A model generated the notes under the pieces. The model worked only from the letters and a program-made list of their open reading frames with translations, made no database searches and was not told the DNA's origin. This document shows, in pieces, positions 13,955 to 24,868 of a stretch of 64,000 nucleotides of DNA. The DNA is taken from NCBI GenBank assembly GCA_907165135.1, contig OU015568.1:124001-188000 (forward strand), written 5' to 3'. The position numbers were made by a program, and so were the translations under genes. Numbering within the stretch: the stretch's first letter is position 1; the number at the start of each line of letters is the position of its first letter. The DNA is from Oikopleura dioica. Lineage: Eukaryota > Animalia > Chordata.

Positions 13955-15855
13955 GTTCTTACTGTAAATAAGCTGGTTATGGTTGATTCCCCAGCAGGCG
14001 AATGGGAAACTCAGGTTTCTAAAATTTCTAAGAGAAAAGAGAGCAATCGCTTTTATTTTTGCTTTATTTTGGAACTCGATAAACCAGAAAGAAAACGCAA
14101 GAAAAGTTAATCTCGCCAAACAGTCGTTTCCTAGTTATTTTTGTTCCTCCATGATTTCAATTTTTATTGTTCGTTATGAAACGAAATGATGAGTTCAAAA
14201 GAAAGAGAAATTTATTCTTAATCAAGAAGAAGCAGAATTAAAATCACAGTTGAAAGTCGAAAATGAAAGAAAACTGATTTCAGACGCAGAAGTCGGCCGT
14301 TACTTCCAAGATGGCTGGTTTGTAGCTGGTAAACTCGTGTGCGCCGATGACCTGTGTTTCGATGATTTCGTCGTTCGCAACTTTGATTCTCTCCACCGGG
14401 TAGAGGCCATTCGAATCTTTTTGGTTTCCATTGACTTGATATATGTAGTTTCCAATCTTCAATGCTGAGCCAAGACGAGAGTTCTAAATGAAAGATCAAC
14501 ATGAATTTTCAAGCGAAATTTCGTCTCACCTCTTTTAGAGATCCAATAAGCGTCCAAACTTCTTCTTTCAATAGCCAAATGTCTTTGTTGTAATCTCCAC
14601 TCGTGTAATCGTATCCACCTACCATCAACATCGCTCCACTCTCAAGTCCTGTAAGAGTATGACCATTCATATTCCTAAAATAAACTCATTAAAATCAAAG
14701 AAGTTGAAATTCTTTACCTGGGATGATCTGGCAAGCTTGTCCATCCAGAAGTCGAGTAAGTCTCGACTTTTTGGTGGCCGTCGCTGTTACCGCCTCCGAC
14801 TGTTGTTGGCTGGCCTTTGTAGTATCCCAGATCGACATAATTATGCGAAAATTGGGCTGAATGAGTTGATCTTGAGCTGGTTCCATCAAAAAGATCGCAT
14901 CTCTTCGCAATAAAATAATCAAAGCAGACCAGTGCTAAAAACGGGGTTCAGGAAGGTGAGGAGGCCAAATATGCAGGTGGTCACACCTCGTTGTCTCGGG
15001 ACCGTGCAGATGCGAGCAAGTGCGGCGGATCAAAATCCTTCAAGTAAGGCAATCCCATAGCGCTCCCAGTAGCCTCCAAAAATGTACATCTGTCCTTGAA
15101 CCACAGCAAAAGCACTTCTTCGAGTGTAGTTCTCTACCGCTGCTTCAATGGTCGCAGAGTTCTTTGTCAGTCCGTCGCCGGAGAAGACATAAGAATCCGC
15201 CAATTAGTTATAGCCAAGAACCAGAATATTGACATCGCTCTAAAAAATAAATTCTCATCTAAAATTCTATTTCAAACAAACCGGTTCATTCGAGGCGATC
15301 GTTGACGTACTCATCGTCGTTGTTGTCGCCGTTTCTTCCTAAAAGAGAAAATAAGAACGTTAATTCTTCTTCTTTTCAAACCTGAACACAAGGACATTCA
15401 TCGAGCTCTTCAAGGAAAGCGGCGTTGCATTCTTCGAAGCAATTTCTTTTCGGCGGGCAGTTTCGAGTACAGCTTGCCTAAAAATATACTAAATTTCAAT
15501 TAAAAGAGCTTTTTCTCACCTGATTTTCCAAAGCTGCTTCTCGACAGTTTATGAAGTCCAGATTTTCCGTCTTGGCGTTTTCACATTTATCGCCGCAGAT
15601 ATCGTTTTCGCAGCCAGCACAACCATTTGGGCAGTTTTCTCCACAAGGGCAGGAAGCGCCGCATTCTAAATTCATTCAAGTCAATATTCTTAGATTGATT
15701 TTTTACCTTTGAACTGATTTGAACATTCAACATCGCAGGAAGCATTGTCACAATTTGTGGAGCATTGAAGATAAATGGCTCGGCAAATTTCGTAACACTG
15801 ATCGAACAGTTCTTGATCGCTGAATTCCGATAATTAGAGTTTTGTTCATGCTTAA

Positions 15856-16539
15856 GGAGGTAGTCCCCGCTTTGACGAAAGTCAAAATATAAGAATTTTC
15901 TATGGATATTCCGAAAGCTCAAAAAAAGAGCTTCAAAATTTGTATTGATCATTTTTTGTAAACTTCAGAGAAAAGTCCTTAAAATCACATTTGAAAGTTA
16001 AGATTTTTATAATAAAATTTAATAATTTGAAATTTTTTGACTTTTACATCCAATATTTACGGGCATTTATGATGTATTTTGATCCCCAAATTATACCAAA
16101 ATAAATATTTATGACTGATATTTAGATTAAAATAGGTTTATCTTACTTCAAAAACTCCGATTTTTCAATTATTTCAGACCCAACTTTAGATCGAAAGTTT
16201 TACGTTATGACTTCTTTGAGTTTCTTAATATCGTTGGGTGGCAACTCTAGACGAAGGAATTAGCTTCTTACATATATATTTCGTTAAAATTTATTTCAAT
16301 ATTTTCACGGTTTTACGTGTGTTTGAAAATAGGCCGAAATGGCGATTTTTCTCGGGTTGAGTTAGAATATGAGACCCTAGCTCCTTAGGCGGTCAAGAAA
16401 AAAGTCTTTTGCGAACTGGCAACTCTAGAACAAGGTTTGACCGTTCTTCACATATAGTTTTCATCCTTCAATAACAGCCCAAATTGGTCTGATCGCTGTT
16501 CAAAAAGTGCCGAAATCGCAAAAAGCAGGGACTACCTCC
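15856..16539. mobile_element. TTAA-flanked MITE with GG termini (Kolobok-like)
   Basis: TTAA|GGAGGTAGTCCC ... GGGACTACCTCC|TTAA. Confidence 0.85.
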
Positions 16540-16543
16540 TTAA

Positions 16544-17183
16544 CCCTAACCGGCCAAAAATGATTTTCTTCGGGTACCGGCCAAGAGGCGCCAAATATGG
16601 CGCCGGACCGCTTTTTTAATAGAAAGAATCGATATTTTTTCATAAAAACTTTCAAAAAATATATTAAAAATCATTTTGTCAACATAATCATGGATTATTT
16701 GAATAAATTCTAATAGAATCATGAATCCGAAAAAATTTTCTCGCTTATGATCATTGAGGAGAAAAGAGTCAAAAATTGATTTCGGATGAAATTAGCAAAG
16801 TAATGTTTTTTTCTGCTTGTTTTCCAAATAATCTTATTTGAGCATAAAAATGAAAAAAAAAACTAGTTTTATAATATTTACTTCGAGAAAAACTTATCGG
16901 CCCGCTGCCGGGAAAAAGCTCGGGTACCGGTCAAAGGACGCCATATATGGAGTACCGCCTGTTATGACCCGGCGCCATATATGGCGCCTTGAGTTTTCGA
17001 GAGAATAAGGCTCTGCCAAGATTTTGGTCAACTTGAAATGGGTTAAAACCCCTACCAGTCGAAAGGCGATCGAAAAAAGCTCCTCAAAGTGGATTTCAAA
17101 TAAATTTTCTTTCTTTAATTTTTGGAGTTAAATGCGATTGAATGACCCTTGATCCAAAATTGGAGTACCTTGACCGGCTAAGG
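16544..17183. mobile_element. TTAA-flanked MITE with CC termini (piggyBac-like)
   Basis: TTAA|CCCTAACCGGCCAA ... TTGACCGGCTAAGG|TTAA; internal GGCGCCATATATGGCGCC palindromes. Confidence 0.8.
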
Positions 17184-18884
17184 TTAAGCAAGAATTGAGT
17201 ATTATTTTTAAGTAAACTTACACGCAGTTGTCAGAAACCATTGTAAAATTCATTTGAGAAATGAATTCGGCCTGATTTTCAACCAAAAGCTCGTCAAATT
17301 TTGTGTTTTCATGCAAATGCTCGAATGGAGTCAAAAACGCTTGTTTAGCTGGAACAGGAGCAGGAGCAACTTGCTGAATTTGAATTGGTTGTTGAATTTG
17401 AACCTGGGTACCGCAAAGACCGCAAGTTGAAGGACAGAGGTTCTGGATAGAAGCGTTGTTACAGACTGACTTCCAAGCAGAGCAGCTAGAGAATTTGTCG
17501 GCGCAAGAGGTCTGTTGAACGGGAGCCTGGTAGGCTGGGACTTGGTAGATTGGCTGGAACACTGGCTGAACTGGAGCGAGCTGAACCTGCTGAACTGGGC
17601 GCGGGAAGAAGTTGTAGGCAGGCTTTCTAAAGAGAACTTGCTGGGCTGGATCGACAAAGACTGGCGCAGCTGCAGCTGGGGCAATTGGTTCCTGCTTCTC
17701 GTCTGGTTCTGGAGCGACTTGAGCTGGAGCAGCTGGAGCTGGGTACTGCTGAGAGACGGAAGATACGCCACCGCATTTGCCACAAGTCTTGGCGCAAATT
17801 TTATCGATCGATTTGACACCACAGGCGTGCTTCCACGAGCTACAACGGAGCAAATCATCTTGACACAAAGGATCTTCGACAGAGACGATCTGAGCGGGCA
17901 TGGGCTGAGATTGTGTCTGGCTGGATAGGGTGAACATTGAGAACGGATTCTAGAAAGCTTCCACTTCTAGAATTTTTTTATTAGCGCGTTTTTGAGGGCG
18001 CTAGAGAATTATAAAGCGCGCGAGGCTTTTACTTACGGTTTTGCGCGGTGAGCGTGGCGAGGAGGGATGCTTGGATCCTCATTTTGATGGTTTTGATTTG
18101 ATGTGATGGAGAATTTGACTTTTTTGGGATAAGCAACTGTTCACTTAATGAAAAAATTTGATGGCTTTATTTTGGAGGGGCTATGAATTTTATTAAATCA
18201 TGGAAAATACTCAAAATGATGAAGAAAATGAGCGGAAAACAGCATTTTTTTGTGAAAGGAATTTCAGGGTCCTCAATAAATTGTTATCTAGACCTAAATT
18301 TCGATTCTTGTTCGTTAAGTTTTTATGCCTTCCGCTAGATTTTTCGATATTTCAAAATTTTGAGGCACTCCTCGTTGATTTCAAAAACAAAAAAAAAAAT
18401 AGTGGACTCTAGAAATCTCTCAATACAGTGGTGAATCCTCGATTGGGAAGGACGCGCTGAATCCTCGATTGGGAAGCGGCAGCGCATATAGCAAGCCAAT
18501 CTCTAGAGAAGTGTAGTTTTTTTCTCTTTGGCGCTTTTTCCCACCCTTGACTGAGAAACAAAAAAGGGATATACAGGGTGTTGAAAGTGGTTGATAAGGA
18601 ACTGTTCTACAAAAATGAAACTGTTCTGCAATAAATGGAACTATTCTGTCCATATATGGATCAATCTTTTTTTTCGGGGCAATGCATTGAAACCATCGGT
18701 AGGACGAGAGAATAACTTATCATCCAGCGACAAAATTTCAGGGGTTGGTAGCACGCTGCGGGCCTACGGCCGGGGTAAAAGCATAAATTATGCTGCATAA
18801 TGCTCCGAACCCCATCCGCCAGAGGGCGCGCCGAAAAGAGGTGGAACCCTTGCGCGCAAATTCTGGTAGATAACTCATTTTGCA

Positions 18885-19149
18885 GGACGGTGCCGGTACC
18901 AATCCAAAATTGGTACCCGGGGCCAAATTTGTGGTACCCGGTACCAAAAAAATTCCAGGATACCGAGCCAAACTTGATTTTAAAAGGTGTATTTGGTCAA
19001 TAAATGAAGTTTTCTTACACTTCAGCCGCGGAGCGGACATAAGTTTTTTGATAGGTCAGAAAAAATGTTTGACTTTGGTACCGGGTACCAATTTTTGTTA
19101 TCGGGTACCAATTTTGGTACCGGGTACAAATTTGGTTCCGGCACCGTCC
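18885..19149. mobile_element. ~265-bp foldback MITE rich in GGTACC
   Basis: TIR GGACGGTGCCGG / CCGGCACCGTCC; inverted GGTACC subrepeats; no clear TSD. Confidence 0.7.
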
Positions 19150-19269
19150 GTCTCCCGGGCCGAAGGTTGTGACCGGTTTTTTTTTTAAATGTAGTATGGA
19201 GCTAGGTTCGCGTGGTCCCTTAAATTTTAAAACCAAGGAACGGGGCCGTCAAGCCCCTTTAATTTAGAA

Positions 19270-19485
19270 ACCTTCTTCCCCGCTGCTCCCGCAGCCCCGC
19301 GGGAGCATTTTTGAGTTTTCGCGGCGTGGGAAGGGGCGGGAAGAAGGCATGAAAATTTACGGCGGGAGCGAGGGAGGGGGGGAGGGGGAAAGAATATCCA
19401 AATATCTTGGGGGAGCGAGGGGCGTGGGAGAAATTTTGCTCCCCCCGCTCCCACAGGGGCTTGCGGGAGCTTGCGGCGCGGGAAA
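19270..19485. repeat. GC-rich GCGGGA-motif repeat fragment
   Basis: Related to 12420-12535; abuts the DNase I C-terminal fragment. Confidence 0.55.
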
Positions 19486-19499
19486 TTACGAACTCTGGT

Positions 19500-19700
19500 G
19501 ACGAGCATGGTCACGGAAAACGAAATAAATCGCCTTCAAGACGTCGAAGACGATCTTAGAAGTTGCCATCCAACCCTTAATGATGACATCATTAATGGCG
19601 ATTTCAACGCAGACTGCGACTACATCCGTGATCCGCAAGATTTGACGTTATTCTCTTCCGGAAATTACACGTGGCTTATTTCATTTGATGACGACATCCT
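19500..19700 (+). pseudogene. Deoxyribonuclease I-like, C-terminal fragment
   Basis: EINRLQDVEDDL...DDIINGDFNADCDYIRDPQDLTLFSSGNYTWLI matches DNase I EIDALYDVY...MGDFNAGCSYV...FQWLI. Confidence 0.85.
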
Positions 19701-20007
19701 TTTTCAACACTGATTCCATCTTTTTTAATGACGATCCCATAACCGAGCTAGTTTCGGATCGTTTTCTGTCGAGTTTGAGTTCTTTAAAAATCAATAAAAC
19801 AAGACTAAACTTATTTTGAGGTTTCTCAATAACTGGAAAAATTTATTGAAATATTGTATGGTTACAACCGTTTTTCATGAATATTTTTTTCATTTATTCA
19901 TCGTGATGGCTTTTAATAATTTTGAATGAATAACGTTTATTTGACGGCAGAGTACCGAGGTAGGCGATCAAACAATTCATTTTTATCCTAGTTTTTTTCA
20001 TTTATAG

Positions 20008-20695
20008 CTGCCTAAAAGGAGAGAGAAGACTGACAGTTATAATCAAAACTGCCATATCGAATCGACAGAGCCGAGATATTCTTCGCGATTGCTATTTGAA
20101 AATTAAACGAAAACTGTTTGAAGAAAATAATATTGAGTTGTCTCATTATTTCGTCGTCGGCAGTAGAGAAGACTAAAACTTTGAGGAAAGAGCTAGAAAT
20201 GTTAAAAATCTTCAATAATTTGAAATTATCAAAAAGCTCGGAATAGGACGCGAATGACATCATTATTGGAAATTTCGAAGATACTTATGCCAACTTGCCC
20301 TACAAAACAAAAGCCCCCTACGAATACTTTTCTTTATGTGAAAACAAGGAAGACAACGATGAAAATAGAACGCTTGCCATCCACGAGGAAGATACTTCGG
20401 TGGACATTGTGGAGATAGTGAAGCTCTTTGGAGAGTGAGTCAGAAACAAGTGGATGGATTTTATCAAAAGGATTTAATGTCAACGAAGAAATCTGGCCGT
20501 ATGATTACTTGCCAAATTATATCAGTGGACCTTGTGTAATCATGTCTTCGGAGGCAGCGATGAAGATTTCTTTGTCTGCTAGGTTTTGTTAAATAGATAT
20601 TCCGTTTATCATGATGTCAACTTTAGTAAGTTCAAGATAATACCCGAAATACCTGTCGAAGACGCAGTATATACTAGCATCTTGCGAGTAAATTA
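20008..20695 (+). pseudogene. GT31 beta-1,3-galactosyltransferase-like, disrupted
   Basis: VIIKTAISNRQSRD, DIIIGNFEDTYANLPYKT, WPYDYLPNYISGPCVIMSSEAAMKI, IPVEDAVYTSILR; stops and frameshifts. Confidence 0.8.
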
Positions 20696-21488
20696 AGGCC
20701 TGAAACTCGGACGGTTGGGATGGCTTTTCAATAATCACAAAAATTATTGTCTTCACACAGAAAATCAAATAAAAAAAAACTAGACAAGAAGATAGATGAA
20801 ACCCTTACCTATTTGAACTTTATGTAATGTTCAACAGTTCCTCAGGAATAAATGCAAAATTCGAGCTTGAATGTGACGAGGTAGAGATGTTTGAGACGCT
20901 CTGGGAAGGTAATTAGATATTTGATCGGCAGGATGCAAGAAATCTTTCAGGAAGAGACATTCCGAAGCTAGAAAAGATCAAGCATGAGAAAGCAGTAGCC
21001 TTTTGCAAATCAAAACAGACCGCGAAGAAGAGAATTTCTCAGCACGCAGCTAAGTCGTCTTTGTTTTATCTGACTGGACAGCTGACGAAATTCAACGAAA
21101 AATTCAGGGTGAGTGATTTCCGAAAAAATGTCTTGTTGATAAATTTTAGAAATAAAATCACATAGAATGCACGCACCATTCTGATCCGCTCAAAATCACC
21201 AAATACCTGTTCATCATCGATTCCGACTTGGTCGACAAGGAAAGGTTGAATAGAAACATAAGTAGAAGGGATGAATGAAATATTTAACGGTCGCTAAAGG
21301 CAGACTCCGAATATTTAGAAGAACTGTATTTGCGACAGATTATCACGAAAACAGCGAAATGGCTCAAACATGGCTCGAATGAATCTGCGACTGGCTAGAG
21401 AAGATCGAAAGGTTTTATTTGTTAACCTTACCAGAACCATGTAAAAGATCGAGAAATTCATTTCCGTTGGCTTAAAAGTAGGCCAGCG

Positions 21489-22330
21489 TCAAAATCGCTC
21501 ATCAAGAGTTCGAACCGTATTGACAAAGCATAGAATATTTTCATTCTTGTTACACCACTGTCTCACGTAAACATCCCTCATGGGACAGTAGTAAGTAGCT
21601 GGTACATCAAAGACGCCAGCAAATGCGTATTCGAGAGCGGCTCCGTAGCGGCCAATGTTGTTCATATTCATCTATATTTTGACTTGATGATTAAGAGTCA
21701 AAATAACCTGGATCATCATGGAAAGCGAAAATAATAAAAGCTCGATGCAGATTCTGCAAAGAAGATGGACTAAAAAAGCGAATCGAATTTGTGGGCTCCA
21801 GACCACCTCAACCACTTTTTCCCAATCACTCGCAGTTTTCGTTTTTCTTTTCTTGTTTTCATAACTTCTCGGTTCGTCAGCTTGGATTCTTTTGAAACAG
21901 ATTTGTCGATTGTGTGATCTGATCAAAAGATCGTAGACTTTTCTTCAAGCTTTCTTCTCTTCGCATCTAAAGAATGGTAGTGGTTTCTCGTCGAAAATCG
22001 GAGCAAACGGTACCTAATCGTCGCTTTCAATCTTCAAGATAAATATAGCTCGTAAAAACAAAACTTGGAAAAAGCGTTGCGATCTTTAAATTGACTCATT
22101 TTTTCTGTCGAAATCAAGGAAGAGTACGATCCTTTGAATCCTTCCCAATTGAATTTGCCAAAGCTTGTCCAGTCCGATCGGCATAAAATTATTGTAAAAA
22201 GCATTCTGGCAACCAAACAAAACCGTGTCGCATTAAAAGTCGTCTAAAGAGCCTGTCCAGATCGCCGGACCAATCAAAGCAGCCATTCCTAGTCGAAAGC
22301 CACCAGTAAGGACGTACCATAGGATGTCAA
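21489..22330 (-). pseudogene. Divergent connexin-like gene, uninterrupted paralogue with frameshifts
   Basis: MAALIGPAIWTGSLDDF.CDTVLFGCQNAFYNNFMPIGLDKLWQIQL (extracellular loop 1); KKRKLRVIGKKVVEVVWSPQIRFAFL; FDVPATYYC...QWC...ILCFVN (loop 2). Confidence 0.75.
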
Positions 22331-23253
22331 GACGGGTACTATACAAAAGTGCTAGAATACTGTCACGTAGGGAAGTTCATTAAGAAAACCTGTATTGAAG
22401 TATTCAATCAATGTTTCTGCAAGAGCGAGCCCCATTTTTTTAATCTGATCGAAATTCGCTGCGTTAGGATATTCTCTCGCCAAGAAAAAGAGAGCAAGGA
22501 TTCAAGTCCTGCTTTTATGGAGCGGACGGTGGCTGTCGATATCGTGTGCGCGCTAGACCGCATAAGAGGAATGAACATTCTCTTCCATTTCTTGCGAAAA
22601 CAATAAGGGTTCATTATAAGGGGACGCCTCTCCCCCTGATTGCCTTATGCTCAATTCGGGTTAGGGTTAGGGTTAGCGATCCTGGCAATCATTGACAATA
22701 AGCTATTAATAAAAGCTTATTATTGAACCTGAATTTATAGACATAGTATTTGATTCAAGGAAACAAATAATTCTTCTTCTTAATTTGTATCAACAGAAAC
22801 TACATTTGCGTTCTCGACCGAGTTTATCAAACAATGTTCCAGGAGTCGATAATTTATCAGCTTTTTCGATCGCGAGTGCATCCTCAACCGTAAATTACTC
22901 GCATTTTCGTAGACTAAAAAGCTCGTACCGGCGATATTATCTGGTTGAAACTTTCCCTGAAATAGCCGTTCGGGACATTAAGGGAATTTCTAGCGCTGGT
23001 CGGAAGAGCACGGTTGCGTTCTTCGGCAAACTGTCGACCGATCAAGGCACGATTTTTAATGGAACGAATCTTTCGATGGAAAAAATGGCTACATGCAGAA
23101 ACGAAGTCCGCCACTAAAATCAATAAGAAAGGTCTTTTATCAAGATTCTTTAGTACCTGTAAGAGCTATTGAAAGAAGACAGGTGATGGTCATGTAGGAG
23201 AGGGAGATTTCCTTTTCCGTTGGCTAGAATTTTTGCAAGAGAAGGACTTCTGA

Positions 23254-23581
23254 TTAAATTACTTTATTGACAAAGCAAAGAATGTTCTTGTTTTTGTTGC
23301 ACCACTGTCTGACGTAGACGTCCTTGACTGGACAGTAGTAAGTGGCTGGTACATCAAATAGTCCGACGAACGCGTATCTATGCTCAGCTCTGTATCGCCC
23401 GATGTTGTTCATATTCAACTTAATTTTCAATGTACTCGAGAGCGCCAAAAAAAGAAACCTGGATCATTGTGGAAAACGAAAATAAGCACACGTCAACGCA
23501 CAGTCTGCAAAGAAGATGCACTAAGAACGCAAATCGAATCTGCTGGCTCCAGACCACTTCGACCATCTTCTTCCCCATCAC
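23254..23581 (-). pseudogene. Connexin-like gene copy 2, 3' half (interrupted by the giant hAT element)
   Basis: KKMVEVVWSQQIRFAFLVHLLCRLCVDVCLFSF and FDVPATYYCPVKDVYVRQWCNKNKNILCFVNK, paralogous to 21489-22330. Confidence 0.8.
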
Positions 23582-24224
23582 TAGGGATGGCATACAAAAA
23601 ATTATATCGCGATTGCGACGTCGCCTTGGAAAACCGAGGGCACCATCTTGTAGAGCAGAAAATTCTGATTCAGATAGGACCCAAAAAAAGGATTTTCGTA
23701 AATAGGTACCTGGATTTTTAGGCACTTTTCTGTAACTCCTCTAAAGGATGCAAAAATTAATTTTTTTTCGTGGAAAGTAGTGTATTTTCATGCAAAAAAT
23801 CCATTTCTGCAAAAAAAATTAACCGCGTAAGAAGAAAAAACCGAGAAAAATGCAAAAAACTGTCGAGAGAGGAAAGCAAAAATCAGTGACGCGGCGGTTA
23901 CGTAACAGCGCGGCAGCCGCGTTACGGCGCTGTTCGCCCGCTTGCCTAGCTCAGCACTGAAAGAGCTCTTTTTCTCTCTCAATTAACTAATTTTCACAAA
24001 TAGCGTTAATATTTTTTACTAAAAACACTGTACTAAACTTATAAATGAGGAATTTTATTAATACTGTAGATTTTACAGTGTCAAATTGAATCGTAAGCGA
24101 AGAAAGACGCTTGTTTTCCCCTAAATTGAAGCTTATTCCTCCTGTAGCTGCTAATGAGAGCTCTTAAAATACTTCAGGTTGTGAAAAACACTTCCAGTAA
24201 TGAAAGAGTACCTGTCGATAACTC

Positions 24225-24868
24225 AATCGACTCGCCAAAGGAACCATTCGTCTTGCATCTCCTTTACGACTTCCTGCAATCCAGTGATCCATTATTTAGC
24301 GACGTTCTCGCCACACTGGGAGTAAAAAACGGTCAGATTCAGATTAAACTTGTCGCCGTGGTATCCCTTATTTTACGACGGAAGTGTTAAAGCCTGCCAG
24401 AAGCAAACAAGCGAAATTTGGAACTCGTGAGAATACTCGTCGATTTTGAAAGAAAATGTGTTGTTTTTCCAAAACTCTGTTTCTTCCAACGACTACAGCG
24501 AATTCATTAGGGTCTATCGGCTGGGGAGGACGATTCGGAATGATGAGTGGTCTCATGCAGCGCTGGTTGATCCTAGAACAGGAGCTCTTATCGAGGAGTT
24601 TTTCGGGGAATAACAAAAATCATATCCGGAATGAAAAGTGATCCAATGAACCCTGGGGGTCGTGTCTAACACCACTCCGCTGGTAATGAGCATGTAAGCG
24701 AAGGCGCCAGGGTCGATGCCGTCGATCGAGTGTCGTTCAAAATTGATTCCGCAGTTTCTCAAAAGTGTGATCGAATCTTCGGCGTACATGTCGGTCTTGA
24801 TGTCGTAGTTGAAGTTGAACTAGAAGGTGCAGCGGCCCGGCGCGCACTCGTCTTTTTCGTTCATGAAA
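24225..24868 (-). pseudogene. CAF1/POP2 (CNOT7/8) deadenylase remnant inside the giant element
   Basis: FMNEKDECAPGRCTF*FNFNYDIKTDMYAEDSITLLRNCGINFERH...AYMLITSGVVL...WITFHSGYDF and later GLQEVVKEMQDER; in-frame stop, degraded middle. Confidence 0.88.

Larger units (their letters stand above)
14280..18082 (-). pseudogene. Multi-exon secreted protein gene: signal peptide, 2 ShK domains, P/Q-rich linker, Cys-rich repeats, Kelch-like propeller; one in-frame stop
   Basis: Exon 1 MRIQASLLATLTAQN followed by gtaagt. ShK motifs CQDDLLRCSSWKHACGVKSIDKICAKTCGKC and CADKFSSCSAWKSVCNNASIQNLCPSTCGLC. NCV|DQELFDQCYEICR is joined across an intron, followed by CPCGENCPNGCAGCENDIC and Kelch-like exons (QMYIFGGY, YKGQPTTVGG, MLMVGGYD...IWLLKEEVW). 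In-frame TAA at 15204-15206. Confidence 0.75.
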
